Positions 49,380 through 61,916 are shown, counted from the first letter of the stretch. The stretch is DNA of 64,000 bases from Rhodosorus marinus CCMP1338 (GCA_029953675.1 JAMWBK010000004.1:3100001-3164000); one strand, 5' to 3'. The notes: generated by a model not told the origin, from the sequence alone. Made by a program: numbers and translations.

Positions 49380-50677
49380 TTTTAGCTTTCTACACCAAAG
49401 CCACCAGCAAATTTCTGCGCATTCTAGGACACTTGCGCCGGAACCATATTTAAAGCCCCTCGTTAATACTCAAAGTTCCTGCTACAAATGGACCAAGTAC
49501 AGACCCCACCCTTTTCATATCCACCTCAAAACGTCCGCTCGTAAAAGACCTCCCTCCTTAAGAAATTGCCTTTCGCTGACGGTTCGCTTTCCCTCGTGCT
49601 AAGCCAACTCAAAAAAATTTCACTCTACTCCGCTCCACTGTACGCTACTAGCTTTTGCGGCTAGACGCAGGGTTTGCAACTGCTACCGACACGGTGCGTT
49701 TAGATACTTTGGCTCATAACTGAAGAAAACCAACTCCACAACATTGTGAGACGGACAGACAAAAATAAATTTTCCAGAGAAATGGTTGGGTTTGCTTACG
49801 ACAGCCCAAAACAAGGAGCATTCAATCCAGATTGTTCCGAAATTGATTAGCTTAAGTTTCTCCAAAACCCTTTCCGACCTTTGGTCGCGAATCAATAAAA
49901 GCGAAGCCTGGGCGGAAACAATCCTATTTTCGCTCAAAGGGCTATAGACTATGTCCCCATTCGCCACCATCCAGCACCATTCTTGATCCAAACTCGATGA
50001 ACTCAATCGCTGTACTGGAGGATGCTCAGAGCTTCGGCTTATCCACACCTAACTATGATTTGTTTCTCAGCCCAGCTCCGGCAATAACTGAGCACGCACG
50101 AGGAGCCGGAGGAAAAAGCAAATGAGATTGTTGCAGAAGCGTAAGCTTGTAGGCTTTTCTGTTAACGGAAATTCTTTGTGCCCCGCAACCCTTTCATTGT
50201 AACGGATGGTAGTTGAGACTTCACCGCATTCTGAATTTGCTTCTCATCAGCAGTAGCTGCTGTGTTTACTTGGGCGTACGGGTCTGAAGCAACTACGCCA
50301 TGATGCGATCAACACCTTTTTCCAAAACAAATTGACCATAATAAGTCAATACGTGCTGCTTCCGCTTGTCAGAGCAAGGTTTTTTACAAAACGTGCGCTC
50401 GTTGCCGTGGGACAAGGACCTGGGAACCCAGGGTCGGGGACGAGCAAAGAGGTCGAGTGCTCAGCGAGATATTCAAAATCTATGTGCTTGGGAAACTGCG
50501 GATGAACAGGTGATGATTTAGCAAAGCACCGATCTCCGAGAATAGTATGGACCTCTGCGTAACCTTGGATTGCACTAGTACGGGTTTTGCGATTTACAGA
50601 CGACCAGTCCCATGCACACCTATGAAAGGGCCATACAGACGTAGGCAATGAAAAAAATGTGCATCAAGGTGTCATGA

Positions 50678-51934
50678 TTAGATACAGTGCTTTTGAGCAT
50701 GCTTCTTAAAGTCCCATCGCTGGGAGAAGGCCTTCCCACACACGCCGCAGGAGTACTGCTTCTGGTTCTTGTGCACTGAAAGAATATGCCTATTCACTTT
50801 CGACTTGCTGACAAAGCCTTTCCCACACTCAGGGCACGTCGCCGGGTTGAGCTTGTAATGAACCGAGGCGACGTGCTCCCGAAGATGAGTTCTGTGGACG
50901 AATCGTCGTGAGCACACTGAACATTGGAAGTTCCTCTCGCCGAGGTGAATAGAACGGTAGTGCCTCTCAGCATCGTGTTTCCGAGTAAACTGTGCTCCAC
51001 ACTCCGAGCACGAATTCATACCGTCAACGTCGATTAGCCTGGCAGAGTTGCTAGAGCTGTTTTGTCGGTCGGAAGCTCTGTCGCTAAGCGTGGCGCCGTC
51101 GGTCAAAAAAAGAGCAGAACTGGGAGTCTTCGAAGAAAAGTACATTTGAGCATGTGCAGATCTCGCAGCTCGCACGACACTACCGTCGCGGATACAGCCG
51201 TATTTCTTCGGAAATTGGATATGTCTGTAGGTCAACTTGTTCACCTCGAAATCCTCTCGTACTGCGATTCTGCCCTCTAGAGTGTACTTTGCTCTCAAGA
51301 GCTGGCTAAACGTGGTGCTCAGCATTGCGCTCAACATGACTTGATCGCTGCAGTTTGAGTATGACAGACCGCTTCTTTTGTATGGATGCATTACGTCCGC
51401 GAGTGCACGTGTTCGCATACTCTCAGTGCACTCGCAAACAAAACCGCGGGACGCGCAAAACAGACACAATCTCTTCTCTCGCACATCAAACTTAAAAAAG
51501 ACTTGTTCCGGATTGTTCTGGAGATAGACAGCATTTCTGCATCTGGTATCTCCTATATGGTTGAAATGCACGCTCATCAGCTCAACCGACCCGGCTACAG
51601 ACTTGTGGCAAACGTAAATTGTCATGAACTCCGCGCGGAAGTCAATGCAATATCTACTATATTTGCCAATCTGCAAGGGAAACACCGTGCTTAGCATCCC
51701 ACGTCCTCCGAAAAGCGTTCCGAAGAGGACCCCCTTCTCAGCGTACTGCGGGACAAACAACGGTGTCCACTCGCTAGGAAGCTCCAATGCGTTCTCTTCC
51801 CCCCAGGGTTTTAGCCTACTGTTTTCCAACAAAGTGCCCCGTTCAAATTTAAACGGTAGATCTGGGATATCACCGTAAAGCCACTGCATCATCTTTTCGT
51901 CTGGAATCCATTGGTCAGGTCTCGAGTCTGACAT
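50678..51934 (-). CDS. C2H2 zinc-finger protein, paralogue 3 (intronless; 4 fingers)
   Basis: Probable ATG at MSDSRPDQW, by alignment with paralogue 2. Fingers CSEC, CSVC, CPEC and CGVC. Confidence 0.92.
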   Translation of the reverse strand: MSDSRPDQWIPDEKMMQWLYGDIPDLPFKFERGTLLENSRLKPWGEENALELPSEWTPLFVPQYAEKGVLFGTLFGGRGMLSTVFPLQIGKYSRYCIDFRAEFMTIYVCHKSVAGSVELMSVHFNHIGDTRCRNAVYLQNNPEQVFFKFDVREKRLCLFCASRGFVCECTESMRTRALADVMHPYKRSGLSYSNCSDQVMLSAMLSTTFSQLLRAKYTLEGRIAVREDFEVNKLTYRHIQFPKKYGCIRDGSVVRAARSAHAQMYFSSKTPSSALFLTDGATLSDRASDRQNSSSNSARLIDVDGMNSCSECGAQFTRKHDAERHYRSIHLGERNFQCSVCSRRFVHRTHLREHVASVHYKLNPATCPECGKGFVSKSKVNRHILSVHKNQKQYSCGVCGKAFSQRWDFKKHAQKHCI

Positions 51935-53383
51935 ATCAACCACATTACCAGAGGGACCCCAGCAGTTCAGAATCACACAACGAATAACAATGAATCCACT
52001 CAATCATACATCAAACCTATGCAAGAAGAATCGACACTGCTTACGATGTGGTCATCCCTTCCACCATGACCCCAAACTTCCGTAAGAAGAAACCTTGACG
52101 AAGATGTACTAGGAACCTACCAATAAAAGAGGACTCATCCAGATGATTTTGCCTATTCGCCCGGGTGCCGTTAGGTATCACCAGAACCCAGCATCATCCG
52201 AGTTTGTAACTCCTGGCCAAACTAGAGAGCGTTTATTTCTTGGCTTCGCGATTGGCGGCATGGCTATACAACTGCTGAAGCTAACTAGAGAGTTGTCGAA
52301 CTCTTGCTTCTAAAAAAAACACACGGAGCAAGACCACAGGAGAAGTTGACGATTTACTGCACTTTCCTAGGGGGAAAATCTTGGGGTTCCGGGCCTGCTA
52401 CCAGTGCCCTGACAGCCGCTTGTGCAGTGCGGGTACTAGTTTCCTGCAACCGAAAGGTATTCAGCGACCCCGCCGTTGCCTACGTTCTTCTCGCGATTGG
52501 ACATTGTGTCATCGCAATCCGTGACTCGGCTAAGACAATTCGAGATTTGACGCGATCGTAGAAGGACCTGTCTGCATCCAAGAAACACCAAACTGCCGTG
52601 GTAGAATAGCTCGACATCCAAGGAGGTGCACATTGCATGCGTCCCCGACCTCGTGGTAGCCCCCAACAAAAAAAAAAAGTGTCTTCACGACACGTCCAAG
52701 GATTCCTAATTTTGGATTTATGGGCACAACTAGCGAGGCTCTCCAGCAAACGGCTCAGGTTACGTTGGCACCCTGTTCGAACACTGTTCTATACTGATCA
52801 AACGATCATCGTTCTATATTCCCTCACTTTGGGGGTCGCGGAAAGAGTTCTCACGAGTGCTTGCAACAATTCGGTTAATGCAATTGCGCTGCTAGTGCTA
52901 CATGCTGATCATAAGACAGGGGTTGACGCGCTCTGAGGATGCCTAGTATCGGCGTTCATCTGAAGGCCGAAAGCGATCAAGTCCAGAAATGCTCGGCGTA
53001 ATTCGAAGGTTCGTCCATTCAGCCTTGAGCGCAGCACCGAAGTCCCAGATTCATGACGGGAACTTGAAAAAAAAAATTTAATTCACTGAAACGCGCGCCG
53101 ATTCGAATATCATCAGCCAGAGTGGATTACGTTCTCGGTTTTCTTCTCAAAACCAGCTCCTGGCTACTGCTTCTCCCCTCAGTTCCAATGTCCCGGGTCT
53201 CCTCGACTTCGGAACAATAAGCGCTGGCCAGGGTGAACAAGGCTTTTGTAGAAGTAAAGGACTGATCTTCCCAGGAGAGGGTCTTTGTTAGCTCAACCGC
53301 TGCATTAGTAGCACTTAACATCTGCAACGTTCGTCTCTGAATTGACTACATAGCCTTGAAAGCAGATGACTACACAGAAAGTT

Positions 53384-54154
53384 TCAAATCAAGCGCCCGT
53401 GATATTCACAGAGTCGATACCTGTCGGAGAGAAGTGGCCACTGCACTAAAAACCTGTCCGCGAAAGGGTAGACGACCTTACCGGATAAAGACAGAGACTG
53501 TTGGTTTTGTTCGCAGAGCTCAGGTCAGAAAAGAATCTGTCCCCACACCTGACGCCGGCGGGGGCATGATCTTACCTTCACTCTTGCCACGCTCTCAACA
53601 AAAATGATTCTGCATTTCGTAACCAGCATAACGTTGAACAAAAAGGCGGATATAGCAAGCGGTACACACGTGCCAGGGCCGTTGACCAGCAGTACCCCTG
53701 GACTTTCACGGGGTACAATTGACAAGGAGTACACAAGAGCATATACTGTGGAGATCGCTGCGGTCCAGTAGCTCTGCCCTACCTCGCGCGCACGTGGAAC
53801 AAAGTAAAACTTATGTGGAACATTCTGGAGCAACTCCTCATGATTATTAGCTGCTTTTGAGGCTGAATGACTATCGGTCTTAGCAACCACGTACACCACG
53901 CGTTCCAAACGCACAGGTGATGCGGAGATGTGCTTCAGCATTTCCAGGGCTTCAGCAGTGTGGCCTCCTGACCCGAGGACAACCAACAGAGACCCGGTGT
54001 AATTCCTTTGCAGACTAGCCTTCTCTCGGTTACGCCAAATTCTTCGCAGCAATAGCGCAAATCTGAGAAAAACCAACCCAATGCACAAAAAAGCCAAGAT
54101 CGTTGTCCAAGGTGAGGATTGCTTAACCCCGGAATCACCATGTGCTGCCCTCAT
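53384..54154 (-). CDS. ALG14: UDP-N-acetylglucosamine transferase subunit ALG14, two exons
   Basis: N-terminal transmembrane helix, then LVVLGSGGHTAE, PRAREVGQS, LLVNGPGTCVP and FVESVARVK, spliced to SLSLSGKVVYPFADRFLVQWP...HGRLI*. Confidence 0.94.
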
Positions 54155-54244
54155 TGAATATCAGCCTTTCCAAAAGGTAAAGAAAAGCGAGAACCACTCA
54201 GAAACCGAGAGGAACTGAGAGCAGCTTCACCGTTCCATCCAGAT

Positions 54245-54388
54245 TCAGTACAAGCGTCCATTGTTGAGCAAGTTGGTCGTCACCTGTCTAGGAACCTCCA
54301 TCATAAGGGTTTTGCGCTTGTTGCTCCGGCGCTTGAAATTGGAGGTTAATAATGACAGGTGGTTGAAAAGAAACTCGTGCACGAGTTT
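54245..54388 (-). other. Possible terminal coding exon of an unresolved minus-strand gene (upstream part ~54.6-55.2 kb)
   Basis: A taacag acceptor is followed by 47 open codons (KLVHEFLFNHLSLLTSNFKRRSNKRKTLMMEVPRQ...LY*). Upstream exons could not be joined reliably. Confidence 0.25.
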
Positions 54389-55195
54389 CTGTTACGTTTG
54401 CTACGTGCATCTCCCCTCTAGGATTACATTAAGGTTGAAGTCCAATTCCGATTTCTAGGAGGGCAATGAGGTACGAATCGAATTGCGAGCGTTGCGCTAT
54501 ACCAAGAGCATGGGGTAGACAGTTGTTGTTGCTGCCACTCACGCGGAGCTAGGTACTCCGCTAATGATAGGGAACTACTATGCTGAGGTTTGACCTAGAT
54601 CTCTGGGGAAAACCAGGGCTTTATCCAGCACTAGCTTGAGTCAGGTTCAGCACGAACCTGAGAAGCTCAAGGGTGTACATCGGAATGTTGTTTGTACAGG
54701 CATCTCCTTGATTGCCTCCGTTATCGTTTCCGGATCATCTCCTACCCTCAATCACTCCCTTCGGTTTCGCTTGCTGTCTTCGGAACTCGCCAAGCTCATT
54801 CGGCAACCCCATCCAAAACTTGAGTTCAAGGAGTCCAAGCGATCTGCAAGGTTGAAAACCAATGTCCGAGTCTCAGTGGACCTCTATGGAATATGAACCC
54901 TTTAAACAAGCGTCCGGCTCTTGCAAGAGCGTTCTACATTGATAGTCGGAAAGTCGTTCGGACTGTGAACGCTGCTTTTTGTCATAACCCCGTCTCAGAT
55001 CCCCCTAGGTCGGACGGCGTTTCCATACTCAGAGTAACACATCTGGATCATCAGGAAGTTTGTGCCTTCGCATGCTCCACTGAAGAAACGCCTTCGTGCA
55101 CCTTCGGACTACATAGAACACGACACATACACTCTACAAAGCTCAACTAAGGTAGACGGGCATGTACTTGCCCAAAAACACGTAGCCGACCCAAA

Positions 55196-55873
55196 ATGAA
55201 ACGCAAGAGATGCGTCCTCCATTGCGATGAGCTTGTGAGGAGGAGCTCGCGTCGCTATGCAGTGGCAGCAGCTACAGAAGCGGACGAAGGATTGGAGCGA
55301 ACGACAACATTTAGCAGAGCACCTATCCGTATCGGACGTCGTTTCTAATCGACTACGACTGTGTCTTCGAAGATGGCTTCTGCTGAGATTGGGAGATGCT
55401 GCTGAGCCTGACCAAGATCAGGATCTCCTGTTGTGGGGTACCCTTTAGCAATCACCCTTTTGCAAGAAATCTGCTCAAGCATTTAGAACTCCGCCATTGG
55501 CCAGCTGACAACCATTAGCCACATGTTAGCATCTGTCATCCAATTACAGTTCTGTACTAATAGAGAACCCCCTTTGGCGGGAAAATTGGGCACTCATTCC
55601 TCTCTAGCAGCTTCTCTTCATGCGGTTGTAGTCAATGGGTTTAGCCGAATGCTGGCCCCGGGGGGATCCAATTGACTACTATCCGGAGCTTGTCGGCCAT
55701 GGAGCTGGAGGGTAAAAACGCAAGCGCGGTCTGTTTTACATGGGCAAACTAATCCGACCAGAGACACTGAGCATGTTCGGCAACGGGAGATCGTTTAGGT
55801 GCTGCACAAGAGTATTCCGCAAGAACTGGAGAAGGAATTTCGTAAGATGCAAGAGCAATTGAGAGCGGAATAA
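55196..55873 (+). other. Possible small spliced hypothetical gene
   Basis: Candidate exons MKRKRCVLH..., PNAGPGGIQL...KNASA and a terminal VLHKSIPQELEKEFRKMQEQLRAE* after a tttag acceptor. No family recognised and the phases are not fully resolved. Confidence 0.25.
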
Positions 55874-57086
55874 TGACGTCGGGTCAGCAATGTAGCCAAC
55901 TTAAGCCTTTTTACTGCGGTTTCCTCCGGTTGAGAACTTGTTTCTCCACCTACGTAGGAGGATGCAGGAGTCCTAAACGGAATAACGGCCTCGTTTTTGT
56001 TTCTGAACTTCTTGGTGGTTCAACCCTCCGACTCCTCCATTTGCTGGCCCAGGCTCGTTAAGAGTGCCCAACCTCCCCCTGTGCATGGCATGAAACATGC
56101 TCAATGTCACTATGCATAGCATTTTCGAGAGTGCGGCTGTTCAGGCCGAATTTCGCGAGAAAATCTTGTTGGTATTTATTCATATTGGATATTGTACTAA
56201 TCAATATTGGTTCGCACCCGGGGGTAACCTTGTTGCTCTTTTGCGCGAAGCGGCAGTGAGGGGTTCGGGCCCGAATCCTTTAGTGAATTGTAATAAAGTG
56301 GGTTCGGGGCATGCCCCATGCTCATTCAGGTATGCCCCCGCTGCCTCACGGGAAGACTGGAGCAGATTTCTCGAGTTTTGATGCAACCATATCGACGATT
56401 CCAAAGGTCTACCCAAAATGTGCCCCGAAAACAAGGGCGACCCATCGAATTTGGGTTAGTATCGACGACAGGGATTCGATCTTATCGGGGATATGCCCCA
56501 ATGCCCCAATGCCCCACCCTGATTTTAGCCGATAACTGTGGAACCCCTTTCACCCCCCTCTTCAATTTGCCGAGAGGTAACAGCGTTGTCCGGGGGTTTA
56601 GACAAAGGTGAGCTAGTATTGCGAACCATTGCTACCTTGGGAGGCTGATTCTGCCAAGGGAAAATCCTAAATGCAACCCCAGGCAACTCTTAAGGATTGG
56701 GAGAGACTTCCAATCTCAGGTGAACAGCGGCAGTATCGACTAGGAAGGAGCAAGTGGAGCGAGGAAATTTTTGCATTCTGCAGGACGTCATTTTGTGTGC
56801 TTACAGTCAAAAATTTCTGAAGAAGTCTTGAAGTGGGAGAGAACTGAGTGGAATTGACTTTCCAGGATCACGCGTTCCTGACAATTGTACCTGCCCGCAG
56901 TCGTCTACGCCAGACCACAGTCGAGAAACTCTGTGGAACAGAGGCACAAATGATTCCTGGAGCCTAAAAACTAGTGCTCAAAAATAAGAGGTACATCGGA
57001 TAATTAGCTAAGGAGCTACGTTAGGCCCGGTACTCGGAATTGAGGCGCGGATTGCATGAGGATAGTTTGCTGTGGAGGATAGAGCA

Positions 57087-59588
57087 ATGAAGAAGGACGG
57101 CCGGAACGGAAACATCAAGACCGACGAAGTGAAGAGAGCCTATTTTAGCGCCAACCCTCCAGAAACAAATGAAGCCCATGACCTTGAGGAGCACGAGCTT
57201 GAGGCGAGGTCTTCAATGGTCCGTAGGCAGGTGAGCGTTCTCAAGGCTTCTCCTTCAGTCGGGCTGAGTGTCTGAGTGATGCCCCGGCGGACTGTGATGC
57301 TAACCTCTTTGTGATTATGACTTCTTTCAGACTCTTACAAGCGGATACGGAGCTACGAATAATGAAGAGGTAGGAAAGCTGCCCTCTGTCCCATCTTAGC
57401 GTTAAAGCTGACGCGTTTTACACCCGAACGCTGCAAGAATGGACACGTCGCGGACGTTGGATGAGACGCTCTTCGCAAGGTCAATGGGCAAGCCTCGTGA
57501 ATATTTTTGAGAGCGCGCGCTGATGTACTTTTCTCATATTGACACAGATTTCGAAGCAAGCCGTTGAAGTCCAGAGGGTCAATTCGAATCCTGTTTATTC
57601 AAATCTGCCGGTAAGCAAAAATCTTTACGTATTGATGCTAGAGCAGGACTGGCATTTATTTTCTCCTAGCTGTGTTTGTTGATCATCTACGGACTCCTGT
57701 TGGGCGTCGCCAGTTGCAAGGAAACGATTTTAGAGTCTTTTTCCACGGCGCTCTTCAGGCAGCATTGAGGGCATTCGGCCACGACCAGCTGACGCAGTGA
57801 ATTGGCGTATTTCTCTTTTGCAGTGCGCGGATGAAAAAACGTTCTTGAGGGGAGATAGGAGTCGCGCAGGTGGGAAGCAAAGCGCAGGGAAACGGTTGAG
57901 CTCTGGATATGGGGGTGGCCATGTTCACATGTCACAGGTTGGAGTTTGTTCAACAACGAATCCGCGTCGTGCCGAAAAGAACTAAACTTCAAAATTTCTC
58001 CACCGGATTACAAAGATTTCCCAATACACCGAAGGTGTTCGGGATGGACTCAGCGGACTCGAGGGCTATTGGTCAACCTTGAACTACCTATTGATATTTG
58101 TGCCGCTTGGGATATTAACTGGGTTTTTTGGCGCGCCGAAGGTGATGCGTAGCCCTCAAGCTCCCCATCAGGAAGCCAGGAGCCTATGATTTCGGTCATA
58201 AGCACCTGTCTTCATTGATGGGGGCCACGCATTATCCTCATTCGCTATTATGAGGACCCTCATGTCTCATCGAAGATTGCGCTAACGTTCTTGCTCCTCG
58301 TTCACTCCATTACGGACTTGGCTTGATCATGTAGGTGCTGGTTTTCATTCTCAATTTTGTTGGATGTGTACCGCTTGCGACTATCTTGGGAAAAGCCACT
58401 GAGGACCTGGCAACTCATACGAACGCGACTGTGGGGGGCTTGTTAAATGCCACTTTTGGGAATGCAGTTGAGATTATTCTCTCGATTGCAGCTCTCCGTC
58501 AAGGTCTTCTAGATGTCATTCGGTACACACTTGTGGGTAAGCGTTCCATAGAAGCTCGAGTAGTTGAATGGACCCGATTAACGGAGATGGACTATATACC
58601 ATGTTTTTGAAGGTTCGATCCTTTCAAATCTTTTGCTCGTGCTCGGGAGCTCGTTTTTCTTTGGCGGTCTTATTTATCGTGAGCAAGAGGTACACAAAGT
58701 TGTCGCGGAGTCGAACGCGGACCTCCTTGTCGCAGCTTCGTTCGGCTTCGCTTTGCCTTCCGTGTTTGGAGTCGCGCTACCGGAAGGGAAAGGCCATGAG
58801 CGCGTCGCGGAGATTTTTTCACTTGTAACTGCTGTCTGTTTGCTCTTGATATACGCGATGTTTCTATACTTTCAGCTTTTTACACACTACGATAGCTATT
58901 TGGATGAAGAGGATGAGGAAGCAGGCGGTTCAAGGGTTTCAGTAACTGATCCAACAGCAGTTGAAAGCGAATCGCTTGACGGTGGTGAAGAGGAAGTGGA
59001 AGCTGACGATGAAGAAGAAGTCGTGGCTTCGTTTAACGTGGCTTTTGGGATTCTTCTGGTTGTGGTTGTTCTTGTTAGCATATGCTCGGAATATATCGTA
59101 TCATCGATTTCAGAATTCTCTCAGGCAGCTGGCCTTGGCCAGACGTTTGTTTCGATCATTTTTCTTCCGGTGATCGGTAATGCAGTGGAACATTTCAGCG
59201 CGGTAATGGTATGAATACGTCCGAAGAGTTTTGAGTGCACTTGTTCATTTATTGTTCTGCTCCGCGTCTTACTGTTCGTGATTTGGTCCGCGTTTTCCTG
59301 AAGGTGGCCATGAAAGACAAAATGGACCTGAGCATTGGTATCGCTTGCGGGAGTAGCGTGCAGATTGCCGCCTTCGCCTCGCCCGTGATGGTAATTCTAT
59401 CATGGATCTTTGGGCAAAATCACTTAACCCTTGACGTGGGAATATTCAATTCTATATGCATAGTGATGAGTGTTTTCCTGGTGAATACGACCATGAGGGA
59501 TTCTCAGACTAATTGGCTGGAGGGAGCATTGCTTCTGACTGTGTACGTCGTTATCGGCTGCGCTCTCTTTCTTTTTGACCAAGTTTGA
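57087..59588 (+). CDS. CAX: Ca2+/H+ antiporter (CAX/VCX1 family), multi-exon
   Basis: LNYLLIFVPLG, ATEDLATHTNATVGGLLNATFGNAVE (alpha-1 repeat), GSILSNLLLVLG, an acidic loop, LPVIGNAVEH (alpha-2), KDKMDLSIGIACGSSVQIA and NWLEG. N-terminal exons upstream of ~58000 are tentative. Confidence 0.92.
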
Positions 59589-60312
59589 GGAGTTTTGCAT
59601 GAATTGAGTGTTCAAAAATGCGAAAGAAAAACTAGGTAGTTCCTGCTGTTCTTAATCTCTTGATTGTAAAGCGTCCAAAATGTGTATAGTTTCTTGCCCC
59701 CCCATCCTTCGGATCAGCGCGACGCAGCCCGTCCTTTTTTCTACATCCTCCTCCTCAATCACCAGACTTTCGTCGGGGAGGGGAGGCATTCTAGTCCAAA
59801 GCGAAACGTTCACTTCCACGTTCGCCCCGTTCTTATCTGCCCGTATTCCAATTGCTCACCGCAAGTCGTCGCAGCCCCAGGGAAGCATGCAAAGAGCACC
59901 TCGAAATCAGTATTTGCGTTATTTGCTGACCGTCACCTTACCGCCTTGGGCGCAATACCCGAAGAGATCACAAGACATCGGGCTATCATAATCCCTGACT
60001 ATATCCTAACCTAAGGGAGTTCCTCAAGCTGCTACCAAATCGACTCACACAAACCGTCTGCATCCTAATTCGTCGGCTTTACCTGGTGCACTAACGCCTA
60101 TATTCAGGTGTCAGCGATAATCAAGTCGGATTGAAGAGGTAATCGCGTTGGTAAGAGTTCCGTGAGAGCCACAACATTGAATCCAAGCCATGAGGGTCGA
60201 GTGGAGCTTTCCACTGTCATTTCTTATTTCTTGGAACCGCTTTCAAAAATGGTTTATTCATGAGGTCAAGCTGTGCAGGGGTGAAACCTGAAGGTGCACT
60301 TAGCCGACTAAA

Positions 60313-61916
60313 ATGAATCTCGATGGACGCATTGTGGTCACAGGGGACGATCTTGGCCTTCTCAAAGGTACGAATCGAGTTTGGTTCTTGTGACATATAA
60401 CTGTAGGCTGTAACAGTTGCGACTGTGCACCTAAATTTCAAGTTCGTATTCCACGCAGCTATCGATGTTGGAAGTGGCAAGGTAGTGTTCCAAACCAGCA
60501 TTTCGTCTGCGGATGACCGGAGGAGAGTAGCTGTGACACATCTTAGCCGTACGGGAGCGAGAGATAATATTGTTGTATGTACTTCGGACGGTGCTATTCA
60601 TCAGCTGCTCAACTTCCGAGATGTTGCAACTGTGCCTGGACGTCTTGAAGGTGGTACTGTAGGCATTGGCGAGCTTGATGAGCATCGAGCCCTGCTTTGT
60701 TCGCCGGCCGGAGAGTTACACTTTCTTCAGGATAAGATCCTGATCCCCTCGAGTATGACCGTTGGGAACAACATTCAGTGCATGCAGACTTCTCAAAAGG
60801 AAAGAATCTTAGCTGTCGCTGGAAAGGAGCAGGAACTAGAGCTGTGGGACTTGCAACATGAGAAGAGTACCTTCAGGTGGGTAATTTACCATTGTTCTTG
60901 CTGGGTTGCTTGAACTCCTGATCTCCCGGGAGAGGGGCTGAGATTTGTCGCGCGATCTATGGCTGTGTATTGCTCAAAGTCGTCGGGAAGCTCATGTCTA
61001 AAGATTACGTTCTACCCCTTTCATTCACATGATAGAGCGAAAAACGTTGCTTCAGACGAACTTGGCCTTAGGGTCCCAGTGGACAACCGGTGTATTGCTT
61101 TTACTTCCAAGGAAGACACCAAGATTGTGGCTGTTGGTACTGGACTTGGCCGCCTTAGGCTTTACGACACTCGGTGAGTGCAATCTTTGAAAACTCAAGT
61201 CCTTTGCACAGTGTGCTGGCTGAGGCCTTTGCTGACGAAATTGGTTGCCTTTGCACGATTATTGGATCCTTACCCGCCGCTTCTAATCTAGATGCGGTCA
61301 AAGGCGCCCAGTCCAGGACCTGGACACCAGTTTGAATCGTCGGAACGGAATTCCGTCGGCTTGCACGGCAATAGATGTGTGGAACCGGAGTGAACCTGGA
61401 TCTGTGGTGGTAAGAAATTTGAGCTAGACTATGTGAAGTCGGAAGCTTCGGTTTTGAAAGCTATTCACGATTCCCACTGTTGTGCGTGGACTGCAGGTGG
61501 CTACAGGTGATGGGGACTTACGAGCTTTCGACCTTCGATCGAAGCAGGTCCAAGGCGTTTTTCGTGGTCACTCGGGTTCAATCAAGACGATTAGAAGTCA
61601 CCAGTCGGAGCCGCTACTGGCAAGCGGCGGCTTCTCTCGCTTCCTGCTTATCCACGACGTAAAATCCCGGGCACAGCTTGCAAAGGTAATACGACTAGTC
61701 TTCTCCGTTCTTCGTTGCATTTAGTTCTTTCAGCTTTGACAGATACTTGTGTGGACACAGGTGTACGTGATCAATCGAGTTATGGGGGTTGTCTGGGCCC
61801 CAGAAAATTCCGGGAAGCAGTTGGCCTCAAAGCTACCCGCCGACGTGAATCTTAGCCGAGGATCGAGCTTGACTCACTCTCAACCTAAGAAGCGGAGATC
61901 TGAGTCCAGCAGGTGA
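60313..61916 (+). CDS. WDR74: WD40 ribosome-biogenesis protein WDR74/NSA1, multi-exon
   Basis: VVTGDDLGLLK, AVAGKEQELELWDL, AKNVASDELGLRVPV, GRLRLYDTR, GDLRAFDLR, FRGHSGSIKTI and LASGGFSRFLLIHDV. Confidence 0.9.
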
